Shown: piece by piece, positions 10,501 through 20,291 of the stretch
Numbering within the stretch: the stretch's first letter is position 1
Layout of the letters: each line of letters opens with the position of its first letter
From: Stramenopiles sp. TOSAG23-2
Taxonomy: Eukaryota
Length of the DNA stretch: 42,621 nt
Assembly: GCA_900128395.1 (NCBI GenBank)
Contig: LT649299.1
Span: 1 to 42,621, forward strand
Direction: 5' to 3'
The notes under the pieces: model-generated
Seen by the model: only the letters and a program-made list of their open reading frames with translations
What the model was told of the DNA's origin: nothing
The model's database searches: none
Made by a program: the position numbers and the translations under genes

Positions 10501-12175
10501 TTTGCATCTCGTTCAAAAAATTTCCGGTTTGAGTTCTTTCAAAATTGCTTTGTAGTTCTTCCATTTTGTCCGCAGAGATTTTGTTCCCAGGCAAAACATG
10601 TTTAGCATCTTTTGCAAAGATCCAATCAGGTTCTACGGGCATTTTCATTATATCCGTATCAAGCATACGATCTAGAAATTCCCTTCTCCAACATCCATCC
10701 TCATTTAATGCATCCTCACGATAAACTGTAACTTCTTTTAAATTCTCCACTCTTTCTGATGTTGTATGACCAAGCCTGCCATTAAATCCGGACCAACCAC
10801 AACTATATACGGTACCCAAGGCATCTCTGATCAATGTATGGTGGGCACCAACACTAAGTTCTTTGACATGGACATTGTCTAATTTCACTGTTTTATCCCA
10901 AATAACCGGGACAGGAGCTAAACGTTTAGTCAAGGTTGGATCATTCGTACTTAATTGTCCACCTTTATTACTACCAAAACTATATACAACACCATCGGTG
11001 GATGATATGACTGTGTGATAACGACCACATGCAACTAGCTCAAAACGTATATCGGCTAGCTCGGGCACATTAATAAACTGCGGTTTATATAAACATCTAA
11101 CATCCATTTTTCCATGCCCTAATTGGCCTTCAAGTGCTCTTCCCCACGTCCATACATCGCCAGCATCAGTCACTGCACAAGTATGCAAATCACCACATGC
11201 TGCAACTAGTACATTTTGATGTTTTAATTTTAAAATTTGTTTCGGTGCATTTAAATTCTCAAAAAATTTACCATGTCCCAATTGCCCGACGCCATTGCTA
11301 CCCCAACTAAATATTTTGCCGTTTGTTAATAATGCGATGCTATGTTTACTACCACCACCAATTGTCTTTATGTGATTGATTGTATGTACGGTTCCATCAT
11401 GGCATAGAAAATTACAATTAATTTTTTGTGGCGAATTATATTGTGAAAGTGTCTTATCATCTCCAAGCCCAAGTTGAAGACTAGAATTTTCACCAAAACT
11501 ATAAAAGATCATTTCATTTGTACGTAGATCTCTACCAATTACTAAAGAATGGCTTCCATATGCACCTACTTTTAATACTCGTGTCCTATTGAAACATGCA
11601 ATTTTTTTTGGCCCATCTATATCTAACGTATTATTATGCCCAAGTTGACCAGAACGACCAACACCGAATGACATGACTGCGCCTGAATTTGTACGTACCA
11701 ACGTATGGAGCATACTGGAAGACACTTCTGCAACAATAAACTTTTTCAATGAACTGACCAATGTAGCACGTGTTAATTTAATTTTAGACGATGCGCGTGC
11801 TAACATAGTACCATCTTTTAATGTTTGATAATCATTAGATACACCACCACCTAAACGTAATTTTGGAAAATTGTAGCCTGATTGATAATTTAATAACTGC
11901 CTCTCATCCGTCACTGGCTGCATTCTTTGCTTTCTGTGCCTTGCCCAACCATAGTCTAGATCCCCTAACCCATGTTCTTCCTCCCATTCTTCCAAAGGTA
12001 AATCCAATCTACTATGTCTAAATGTAACATTCCTCACTATACGTTTTTGTCTTGCAGCGCACTCCTTATATATTCTATTATAGTCTCGTTGCATGCGTGC
12101 TTTTTCACGTTTTCGCTTAAGCTTTGCTAACTCATCCTCTTTCTGGCGTTGCCGCGCCGCATCAATATTCGACAT
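7505..12175 (-). CDS. RCC1-repeat protein with inserted EF-hand-like, LRR and CxxC-CxxC modules; Ser-rich and coiled-coil C-terminus
   Basis: 1556-aa uninterrupted ORF; six consecutive RCC1 blades (e.g. ACGDLHTCAVTDAGDVWTWGRALEGQLGHG) plus a distant seventh (VKSISCGYSDSLTISNSGLVYSFG). Confidence 0.9.
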   Translation of the reverse strand: MSNIDAARQRQKEDELAKLKRKREKARMQRDYNRIYKECAARQKRIVRNVTFRHSRLDLPLEEWEEEHGLGDLDYGWARHRKQRMQPVTDERQLLNYQSGYNFPKLRLGGGVSNDYQTLKDGTMLARASSKIKLTRATLVSSLKKFIVAEVSSSMLHTLVRTNSGAVMSFGVGRSGQLGHNNTLDIDGPKKIACFNRTRVLKVGAYGSHSLVIGRDLRTNEMIFYSFGENSSLQLGLGDDKTLSQYNSPQKINCNFLCHDGTVHTINHIKTIGGGSKHSIALLTNGKIFSWGSNGVGQLGHGKFFENLNAPKQILKLKHQNVLVAACGDLHTCAVTDAGDVWTWGRALEGQLGHGKMDVRCLYKPQFINVPELADIRFELVACGRYHTVISSTDGVVYSFGSNKGGQLSTNDPTLTKRLAPVPVIWDKTVKLDNVHVKELSVGAHHTLIRDALGTVYSCGWSGFNGRLGHTTSERVENLKEVTVYREDALNEDGCWRREFLDRMLDTDIMKMPVEPDWIFAKDAKHVLPGNKISADKMEELQSNFERTQTGNFLNEMQRVFRALNLGTSGELLEIEVRRILFRMHISTWGLGYRKILDTTPDGFGYVDEWDFINFLVQKFEAKQIRKRYFPPPYRAFKWIIDEYDDLKPKAAVMSMHVKTFIRIFTNNCANLNAEVDRELIRKMFEYEVNQKAEVARLQAIGIVINTGKKDMKRNMHGIERLDSIANHPLRPPSRELHELLENDGVHASPQTKQRLENVFDDDPEQQYRRPSTPVEQIAKGIDKMETAVAKKIKFRKPLQPKLRKGIVNWSNLGLNDKHIHALSLSLQELPILSEINLNENVISDEGINKLLDVIEWQYLLSEYDMHTTQCMQCHNDVYFESRTRHTAFCTICNRSSWRPVYFLSKVTAKEQKILGIYEQFKWTQSFFDQDASTRVAKFLNARDNPVSIADFRRFFESILDEHIETFREHGENVCQSIRKPTLMTSTYNEKIKKIKDGVEVLINDLREYAESTFHDKHLPRYRIISLSELQKASNEIREWLIDATFKYFHDNLPMTDEALLFKIQELHVEAVKRIRDQPWEFKRMINVTVKVLYAIAKDLYEHYMTLKKKTNVKSISCGYSDSLTISNSGLVYSFGNSSGIIEAFKEQIIYNLPDRFRHSIENDRAKNKSDPDEDVQKKLGGGIELFGARQWLSYDETQSESSLSSYSSSPRSDSGSLSSRSSYSSYSSSGSGSSRSSHSSSSHSSRSRTKDDEVESIESRIISEKYTSSEYIMKKDDNATDEEVVIVKTGDNEDIETPRKSPHKQKINIKTPKTIVVKPKRKKKKKGKEDISISAIDAFTKGVKKKKKKRLTASLGQAKNKWNFLQNKVVNAQLFVQNMRSDLQSWKDEVNDSIENSTGGASVLRTQQKIAEKKLADKYKMEEDLVKLNYEVVRLRAKDAAMQEEKVRQQQRMEARLRREREAKARIAGLDFTELKKGDMMALDDEVPYDPYYVDEEEARYGTEDDLLNQFNELDKAMILGLWEGMEHDYKRVKVGLLHILEAKKQIDKNRKRIL

Positions 12176-12915
12176 GATAACGCCACTTTAAATAATTAAA
12201 ATTAATATATTACACGCGTGTTTTAGAGAGAGCGGCTGTATATGTTTATAAGTATGTAGAAGATGGGTTTATCAGGTTTTATTATATATAGAGTATACTA
12301 TACATGTACATACATGTCTTTTTATTTGTGTTAAGTATACCTATTTAATATTATTATATTTATTATATTATTATTATTATGTTTTTTTATTAACTACTAA
12401 TATAATAATAAAAATAATAATACTGTGTCCTTCTTCTTCTAAATAACTATTGATGCTAAAATTATTATAAAATGCTGTGGTGGACCACAGTGTGGACCTG
12501 CTGGACGAATATGCGCAAATATTGAAAATAATATTATTTTCGCCGGATAAAAAAATTAAACAACACTTAAAAAAAATAAAATGTCTGTTCAAGGCTCCTC
12601 TTTAACAATACTATTCTTTGTACTTAAATATAACAAATTCCTATCATTTTCATAAATGACACTTTATCGATAGGTAGACAAAATGAACGGTTGTACTGAA
12701 AGACTACAATCGTATTTTCGTACGTTAAATTTGTGGTCAAAAACCTTAGTTTTAAGGAGATTGAATAATACAAATCGGACATGTTACTTCTTACATTATC
12801 AATACTAATACAAAATGAAAGTGACCAAATTCACGAAATATTAGACAAAACTTGAAAAACGTGCGACAAAATAAAACTATACAGCATTGTATTTTAGATG
12901 TATTGATTATTACAA

Positions 12916-13214
12916 GGTGCTGCGGCTGGTTGGAGTGCAATGCAGTATATCCAATGTATGTCGTACAAAATAGATTATTAGTTTCACCAACTGGATATTA
13001 TAAAGGAATGCTTGATTGCTTCGCTAGATGTTACAAAGAGGAAGGTCTACGAGTGTTTTCGCAAAGTTATACTGTATCGTCTGTACGTATTTTACCATAT
13101 AAAGGCATTGATATAGGATTATATGGTTTTATGCGTGAAAAACTAGTACCTGAAGGTGAAATGCCTAGCGTGCCTTTGAGCTTAGTAATGGGTGGTGGTG
13201 CTAGTTGCGTCTCT
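12916..13214 (+). pseudogene. Mitochondrial carrier (SLC25) fragment
   Basis: GAAAGWSA then a frameshift into AVYPMYVVQNRL...YKGMLDCFARCYKEEG...VRILPYKGIDIGLY...SLVMGGGASCVS; only about one of three carrier repeats; no credible start. Confidence 0.75.
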
Positions 13215-13377
13215 TTGCAGTATTTGAAAAAGCTATTGGTTTTTTTGGAAAAAATCAAAAATAGAAACAAAATGATACGCAACACATGTATGATAAAAAT
13301 ATATTTAAATTTATTTTTTGATACGAGTTGATATTTATGTTGTCATGTATTGTATTTTACTCCTCTCGCTACACCAC

Positions 13378-13423
13378 AAAAAAAAAAAAAACAAAAAGTA
13401 AAGGTCTCTAACTTTCGTTAGAG
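13378..13423 (-). terminator. Pol III terminator (T-runs) preceded by a 7-bp GAAA-tetraloop hairpin, downstream of the tRNA
   Basis: Minus strand CTCTAAC-GAAA-GTTAGAG (13423-13406), then a T5 run and a longer T-run. Confidence 0.6.
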
Positions 13424-13441
13424 GTATTGTTGAGAATCTAT

Positions 13442-13514
13442 TACTCAATACGGGGATCGAACCCGTGACCTTGGGTTTATTAGACCCACGCTCTACCGAC
13501 TGAGCTAACCAAGT
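13442..13514 (-). tRNA. tRNA-Ile(AAU)
   Basis: 73-nt cloverleaf: D-stem GCTC/GAGC, anticodon stem TGGGT/ACCCA with loop CTAATAA, T-arm ACGGG-TTCGATC-CCCGT; acceptor ACTTGGT/ATTGAGT with three G-U pairs; discriminator A. Confidence 0.93.
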
Positions 13515-13960
13515 CACGAGAAATCATATTAAATGACTTCTTGGATTATTTACATGTTATAGAAAAAATGAAAATTTTGATATATATAATAATACGTAAA
13601 AAATTGGCAAGGAAAAGGTTGTTGTTTTTCTTGTTTAAGGTATCCTGTGCTATTTTCCTGCTAGAAAACGATTTAGCTTGGGGTTTGCAGTAGTACTGTA
13701 GCAAGTATATAGCACTACAGTAGAGCTACTTGGACACGAAGGACGAAGGAGACAAGACGACTAATAATAATTATAAGTGCATATTATTATTATTATTATG
13801 TACTATTAGCATTAGGAACAACCACCACAAAAAATCATATATATATATATACAAAAATATACTAATACAAACATTTTAATAGTATAGTACAGTATGTACT
13901 GTATTCATAATTCGCATATAATATTTATTATTTGAAACAAAGGAAAAGAACTGTAACATC

Positions 13961-15106
13961 ATGCCACGGAATACAAATACAAAGCGTAAAAGAAGGGTGC
14001 AAGCAGCTGCTACAATTGTAGAAACATCGTTTACCAATCAACGAAAAAAAAATAAATTAAAACATACTGCTGCAGCTGCTTTATTTTATGTTGATGATGG
14101 GACAAAAACAGCAAATATAAATAATAATAATAAACAATTAACTGTATCATACAACCAAGAAAAAAAGAAAACAATTAAACGAAATACGAGAAACCATAAT
14201 TCTTTGCAAGTTGTACCAACAGAAGATTTATGGGGAAGTGATGATACATCTTCGAAGAAAAAACTTAGTAACAAAACTATTATACGTAACTCGTTTATTC
14301 CCTCGTTCCAAGAGGAGGAAAGGCGTAAAAAAGCATATAATAAAGCACGTAGACTTGCGTCTAGAAATGAAATAGCAAAGAGAGTTCCTTCCATCGACGT
14401 GGCTGGTTCTGGCGCATCGTATAACCCGCCAGTGAAGGAACACAAACAGTTATTAAACGCAGCAATTAACGTGGAAGTAAAACGGCGTAAAGAAATTGAA
14501 GATCGTAAAAAACGTTTAAATCCACCTTTACCACTATTAGATCACTCATTAGTTGAGGATGATAATGAAGACGACGATGATGACAACATTGAAGATGGAA
14601 AATCTATTTCCATCAATCCACCCGTAAAACGTGAAAATAAACATAATCGCGCAAAAATTAATAAAAAGAAATATTTAAAACTAAAAGCAAAAGAATTAGC
14701 AGATAAAAAGAATAAAAAATTTTTAAATCATCAATTATCACATATTAAAGAATTAACAAAAGAAGTTGTTGTAAATGAAAAGGAAGTTCAAAAGCGTAGG
14801 GAAGATATACAACGGAAAAAGAAAATCTCAAAAGAATCAATTAACCCACCAGTGAAAAGAGGGGGCAAAACAATTGAAAACCCATTTCCAATCGATGTGC
14901 CATTATCTGATGAATTACATGGAAGTATGCGTAAAATTCAAGCTATTGGCAATCCATTTCGTGAACGTATGCATAAAATGATGCAAAGAAATTTAGTCGA
15001 AGTCGGTGCAAGGCGTAAACAAAAGAAACGTCGTATGAAATTGAGAGATCGTGATAAAACATGGAAATTACAACCAGAAGAGAAAAGAGAACTAGTCGAA
15101 GAATAA
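13961..15106 (+). CDS. NOP53: Ribosome biogenesis protein NOP53/GLTSCR2
   Basis: LFYVD (Mtr4 arch-interacting motif), DLWG, GASYNPPVKEHKQLL, DVPLSDELHGSMRKI...GNPFRERMHKMMQRNLVE; basic composition. Confidence 0.9.
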   Translation: MPRNTNTKRKRRVQAAATIVETSFTNQRKKNKLKHTAAAALFYVDDGTKTANINNNNKQLTVSYNQEKKKTIKRNTRNHNSLQVVPTEDLWGSDDTSSKKKLSNKTIIRNSFIPSFQEEERRKKAYNKARRLASRNEIAKRVPSIDVAGSGASYNPPVKEHKQLLNAAINVEVKRRKEIEDRKKRLNPPLPLLDHSLVEDDNEDDDDDNIEDGKSISINPPVKRENKHNRAKINKKKYLKLKAKELADKKNKKFLNHQLSHIKELTKEVVVNEKEVQKRREDIQRKKKISKESINPPVKRGGKTIENPFPIDVPLSDELHGSMRKIQAIGNPFRERMHKMMQRNLVEVGARRKQKKRRMKLRDRDKTWKLQPEEKRELVEE

Positions 15107-15782
15107 AACTCTCGCTTTGTAAAACAAAGAGAGAGATAAAATAATATACGTGTGTCGTTTAGAGTATTTGTATATATATATATAAATAATAAGAGTATAT
15201 CAGTATGAAATATATTAGTATTAGTGCACTAATATTCCTATCAAAATTTTTCTTTCCTTGCGTAAGAATTAGCACCTGGCTACGCTACACGCTACGCACC
15301 TGGCCATTATTATTTTTTTTTAGTATACTTGTAGTTTTTACTTGGTACAATAAGTTCTAGTGCTCTACTGTACTAAGTTGCCTAACTTTAACTTCACTAC
15401 TTGTAACAATTATTACCAGGTATTATTTCAATTATAAAATAATAATAAAATTAATAATTATTTATTAATGTTGCTAATAATAATAATAGTGCAATAATAT
15501 ATATATAGAATATAACAAATAATAATATTAATTAATATAAATGATGAGATGAGCTTACCTGTGGGGATATTATTAATATGGCACTATGTAAAAAACATAT
15601 TTTTCTACTATTTCTGTGTCTGTGCAGCCTATTTTTAATTTAATCTTACAAATATATATGTACCTTTCCATCAAATAATATCGCCACGTGTTTACAAATA
15701 TATAACAAACAGAATAGTAAAACAAAATTAATAATAATCAAAACTTATATTTTTGTAACACAAAAAATAGCAACAAAACAGC

Positions 15783-17018
15783 ATGAATAATAATAATTAC
15801 ATGCGAAAAAGACAACGCACAGGTGATAATAATAATGCTTCAAACAATTCGTCATCTTCATCGTCCTCCTCGTCATCTTCGTCGTTGTCTAACCAAGCAA
15901 TACAAGAGCAATACAGACACGGTCGTAAGAAGGTCTTTGTATATCTACAACAATGTGGTGGATTACGACATTATGAATTGAAAAAGGATAAAAAAACAGG
16001 TCACATTAATACAAAATTTATGATTGGAAAAGGCACATATGGTCAAGTATTTTTTGTCAAAGATATAAGGCCAAATACGGATTCAAAATATAAATATTGT
16101 GCTTTGAAAAAGATATTTTTTCACAATTCTAACGATGGATTTCCAAAAAGTTCAATTCGTGAAATATCATTGTTGCGTAAAATTGATCATCCATCCATTG
16201 TAAAATTATTAGATGTTGTTGTTGGAAAAAAGAAACAAGATGGTGTATATTTAGCATTTGAATATTGTCCAAATGATTTAGGCCGTATATTGAAAACTCA
16301 TGGCAAAGTTTCTCCATTTAAACCACCACATATTAAGCGAATCATGCTGTCCCTGTGCGAAGGCATTGAATATCTACATCGTCATTTTATAATGCATCGC
16401 GATTTAAAAGCTACAAATATATTATATACAACTAATGGTGAAGTAAAAATCGCAGATTTTGGAATGGCACGAGTGTATACAAAACCACATGGGAAGTATA
16501 CACCAAAAGTTGTTACAATGTGGTATCGCTCTCCAGAAGTATTATTGGGAACAAAAGAATATGATGAAAAATGTGATATATGGTCATTAGGTTGCATGTT
16601 TGGCGAATTGATTAAAGGAGATGGTATAATAAAAGGGGAGAAAGAATTAGATCAAATGATTAAACTTATAAAATTTATTGGTAAACCATCTACTGATGAT
16701 TTAAATGAAGTAAAAGATTATCCTAATACAAAAATGTTGGAGAATCAATTAAAAAAAAAAGATTTTGGTGGTAGTAGCAGTACTGGTAGTTCAATAATAA
16801 ATGGCATCGAAGTATTTAAAAATGAAAACAAATTAACAGATGAAACTACAAAATTATTAAAAGCTATGTTATCATTTAGTGGAACAAATCGTATTAGTGC
16901 AAAGGAATGTTTAAAACATCCATATTTTTTAACAGAAGGACCAAAGCCATCAAGGCCAAATATGATGCCGAAGTGGAATGATAAAAAATTACAAGCTAAA
17001 TTTGATGAAGGGCGTTAA
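15783..17018 (+). CDS. CDK10: Cyclin-dependent kinase, CDK10/CDK11 group
   Basis: GKGTYG, ALKK, GFPKSSIREI (PISSLRE-like), HRDLKATN, DFG, TPKVVTMWYRSPE. Confidence 0.8.
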   Translation: MNNNNYMRKRQRTGDNNNASNNSSSSSSSSSSSSLSNQAIQEQYRHGRKKVFVYLQQCGGLRHYELKKDKKTGHINTKFMIGKGTYGQVFFVKDIRPNTDSKYKYCALKKIFFHNSNDGFPKSSIREISLLRKIDHPSIVKLLDVVVGKKKQDGVYLAFEYCPNDLGRILKTHGKVSPFKPPHIKRIMLSLCEGIEYLHRHFIMHRDLKATNILYTTNGEVKIADFGMARVYTKPHGKYTPKVVTMWYRSPEVLLGTKEYDEKCDIWSLGCMFGELIKGDGIIKGEKELDQMIKLIKFIGKPSTDDLNEVKDYPNTKMLENQLKKKDFGGSSSTGSSIINGIEVFKNENKLTDETTKLLKAMLSFSGTNRISAKECLKHPYFLTEGPKPSRPNMMPKWNDKKLQAKFDEGR

Positions 17019-17517
17019 TCATTCGTATTAATATTTAAAATACACGAAAATCTATTATATTTTTTAAAAAAATATAAAATAATTCTCTTATATATAATAT
17101 TTTAAATATGTACCGTATCATTTATTATAAAATAATAAAATTACAATATGCATATTAATTTTTTAAAGACCCCGCGTTCAAAAGAATCCAGGGAGCTTGC
17201 TGCTTCGACTTGGGTTAAATACCACATGTCGAGACATTCAAACAGCGGTTATTTTAAGGCATGCGCCTAATACTAATCGTTATGCATTATACGGTCGTAT
17301 TATTATATATGGATGCATCATACAATACTCTTTCTTCGTACTTTTTATTGTATCATATCATATGCATTATCATAAAAAGCCTCTCGCTGTAAAAAGTGTG
17401 TTTTTTGTATATATATGGGCATATTCTTACAACAGTATCATACGATGTGTCATCATCTGTCTTCGATTTCAAAGAGATAGATATACTATTTAAAAATTCT
17501 CTCTTGTATTTTTATTT

Positions 17518-18420
17518 TTAATAATCGTCGTCATTATGTATAAAATGTTTGCTGTACGTTATATTATGGGTTGGTTCAGTTTTTGAATCAAATGCATGTG
17601 TAGAAGTAGGTCGTAATCTTGAACGTAAAACTGCATGTTTGCCTATTGTTTTCCATTTTTCATCACCAGGACTTTCTGACCTTATTTCATCAGATGGAGA
17701 TGTGCGTATTGCTGAAGGTCTAAGTTTTTTCAAAGGTGTTTTAAATTTATTATCATTATCCTTATTATCATCGCTTGTTCCAATACCTAATTCTTCATTA
17801 TTATTTACATTGTTGTTGTTGTTGTCATTATTATTATCATTATCGACACTACTAGGACTATGTACAGCGTTATTATCAATATCTTCTTTATTTTCACTAT
17901 CAGTTTCATCATTATGTTTCTTTGCATCAAATATTTTGTTCTCTATAGTATTCATCGTTATACCAGTAAAGTCATTGTCATTTAAATCGTCTCTATCTTT
18001 GTTGAAACTTTTCTTTGTTTTAAAAGGTGTTGTTTGCTTCTGCCTGCTACGAGTAGTACAACATGATGAAAAGCACGATTTATTATTATTATTATTATTA
18101 TTATTCTTTTTTCGTTGCCTTTTTTTCTTTCGCTTTTTCAATTTATCTTTACAACAACCTAATTTTTTAAGAAATGCGGCACAAAAATCTTCAGCTCTAT
18201 CTGATAAATGATAATGATAGTATTCGTAATGCCCTGTTAACTCAAAATGCAATCGTTTTGCATCTCTTTTATCTTTTCTATATTGTTTTGCTTCTTTATG
18301 ATAATATCTATCATCTATAAATCTCCATACACGTCCAAAATTAGTTAATAATGCCCAAAATATTGGTGCCGACAATATTAGAAAGACTTCTTTGAAAAAC
18401 CAATCGTATCTCCTCGGCAT
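17518..18420 (-). CDS. Hypothetical protein with one N-terminal TM segment and a low-complexity tail
   Basis: 300-aa ATG-initiated ORF in AT-rich DNA; hydrophobic VFLILSAPIFWALL; Cys pairs near basic patches. Confidence 0.65.
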   Translation of the reverse strand: MPRRYDWFFKEVFLILSAPIFWALLTNFGRVWRFIDDRYYHKEAKQYRKDKRDAKRLHFELTGHYEYYHYHLSDRAEDFCAAFLKKLGCCKDKLKKRKKKRQRKKNNNNNNNNKSCFSSCCTTRSRQKQTTPFKTKKSFNKDRDDLNDNDFTGITMNTIENKIFDAKKHNDETDSENKEDIDNNAVHSPSSVDNDNNNDNNNNNVNNNEELGIGTSDDNKDNDNKFKTPLKKLRPSAIRTSPSDEIRSESPGDEKWKTIGKHAVLRSRLRPTSTHAFDSKTEPTHNITYSKHFIHNDDDY

Positions 18421-19598
18421 CTTGAATTTTTCGATCCGAATATTTGCTGGATATATACTATAATATTTTGTGTATCAACTTTCCATGATTAACATAAGTT
18501 GTATTGTGAATATAGACTATGCATATGAAGATATATATGATGATGGTGATTTAGTCTTGTGTCTTGTATGTGATGATAATAGCAGCACTGATGTGAGCTA
18601 ATAAGTGGTGCAACTAAAAGCCTATAATAATAGTAGAGCTAGCCATAATATTATACAGTATTTATAAGCGGTATTAATATTTCATAAGCCTGGTAAGCCT
18701 ATAATAGAGAGTAAGCTACTGTACCAGGTATGATAGACTACCAGACTAATACAAGGTATTATAAAGGGATTCATATAACAAAAAAGAAAAAGGCTGTTTT
18801 TTGTTTTTTAGACGACGTACTATGTATACGAATACTAATGTACATTGTAGTAATTTTAAATATTAAGGATAGCTGGATAGCCTAATAGCCTTAGATAGCC
18901 TGAATATAGCACATTCTAATTCGCAAACCTTTAACCAGATTGGACCTTAAAAAAGTACAGTAATTGGCATAATAATTGAATATTCACTTGCGATTGCATT
19001 TTTATCACACTCTACTGTACATATCATTTAATATATATATATGTATATATCTATAATTTTGTAACTATGTTAAGTTATGTTAATATGTACAGCTATGTAC
19101 ATACATCATGCACATTTTTCTATATATCTAGTTAGTTTGTTAGTGTTTTATATTAAAATTTGGTTGCTATGTTATAATAGCCATGGGGGGATTACTAAAA
19201 AATTTACCGTAATTTTTTTAGTAATTTACTAAAATTTTAGTAATTTACTAAAATATTTTTATTGCAGGTACATAGCATGGGTGATTTGTTAAGGATGATA
19301 TATACATTTAGTAATTTAGTCTATTCAAGTTTTTGGATACTTTTTTTGTGGCAGTGTCTCGAGCTCAAAAATCAATTTCACAACTTTTCCTTTGACAAAA
19401 GTGGAGATCTCGTGGAGCTTTAAATCGGAATTTTTTTTTTTACAAAATGAATCAGAGAGTAGTTAGCTGTACTTTTTTTTCTGAACAAATGGTTTTTTTG
19501 TTTTTTGGTTTTCACAAAATTTTCTTGCTATCCTCTTGCTATTTTTTTCTGTAGGAACAAAATGTCTATTAGACTACCATTCTAGTAATTTTGTATCA

Positions 19599-19627
19599 AG
19601 ATCGGAAGAGCGTCGTGTAGGGAAAGA
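19599..19627 (+). other. Illumina TruSeq adapter contamination
   Basis: AGATCGGAAGAGCGTCGTGTAGGGAAAGA, 29-nt exact match to the start of the TruSeq read-2 adapter. Confidence 0.98.
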
Positions 19628-19891
19628 AATTTGTTAAGGATGATATATACATTTAGTAATTTAGTAATTTATTAGTAATTTGTTTAGTAATTTTTAATCC
19701 ATCGTATGATAGTGCTAAATCAGAATTACTAAAATTTGTTAGTAAATTGGGACTAAAAATTGTCATTTTGATTGGGACATTTTCACAAAATGTACTTATT
19801 ACAGTGCATCATAGATAAAATTATTATAAGTTAGATTTTAAGCATCAATTAATATATATATACGCACACACACACACAGTAAATTGTAATG

Positions 19892-20291
19892 AAAATTTAT
19901 GTTATCCATGTGTGATTTATTATTTTGTATATCATATGACATATATATTTATAAATTATATGATTGTAATGGTATGATATGTCCATCCTAGACCCTCAAT
20001 TAAAACAACACACTATAGAAAAAATACAAAAAACGAAAACTTAATGCTGAAAATACATACATATTTTATATGTTCCTACGCTAGAAAATGTTTCATTTTT
20101 TGCATATTGATTGATTACTATATAATTGAAGACATATCAAAATTTTATGCAATTCTGATGTTATATAAAAATTTACGTTATCCATGTGTGATTTATTATT
20201 TTGTATATATATATATAAATTATATGATTGTAATGGTATGTCCATCCTAGACCCTCAATTAAAACAACACACTATAGAAAAATACAAAAAA
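19892..20291 (+). repeat. Imperfect ~125-140-bp direct repeat inside the transposon
   Basis: GTTATCCATGTGTGATTTATTATTTTG...TCCATCCTAGACCCTCAATTAAAACAACACACTATAG at ~19892-20033 and ~20168-20291, with small indels. Confidence 0.85.

Noticed and set aside
13335-13517. 60-aa ORF
   Set aside because: Translation of the tRNA-Ile gene
15554-15566. CTTACCTG resembling the U1 snRNA 5' end
   Set aside because: No U1 stem-loops or Sm site follow
17549-18211. 220-aa Leu/Ser-rich ORF on + strand (and similar short antisense ORFs throughout)
   Set aside because: Shadow frames of Asn/Asp/Lys-rich genes on the opposite strand
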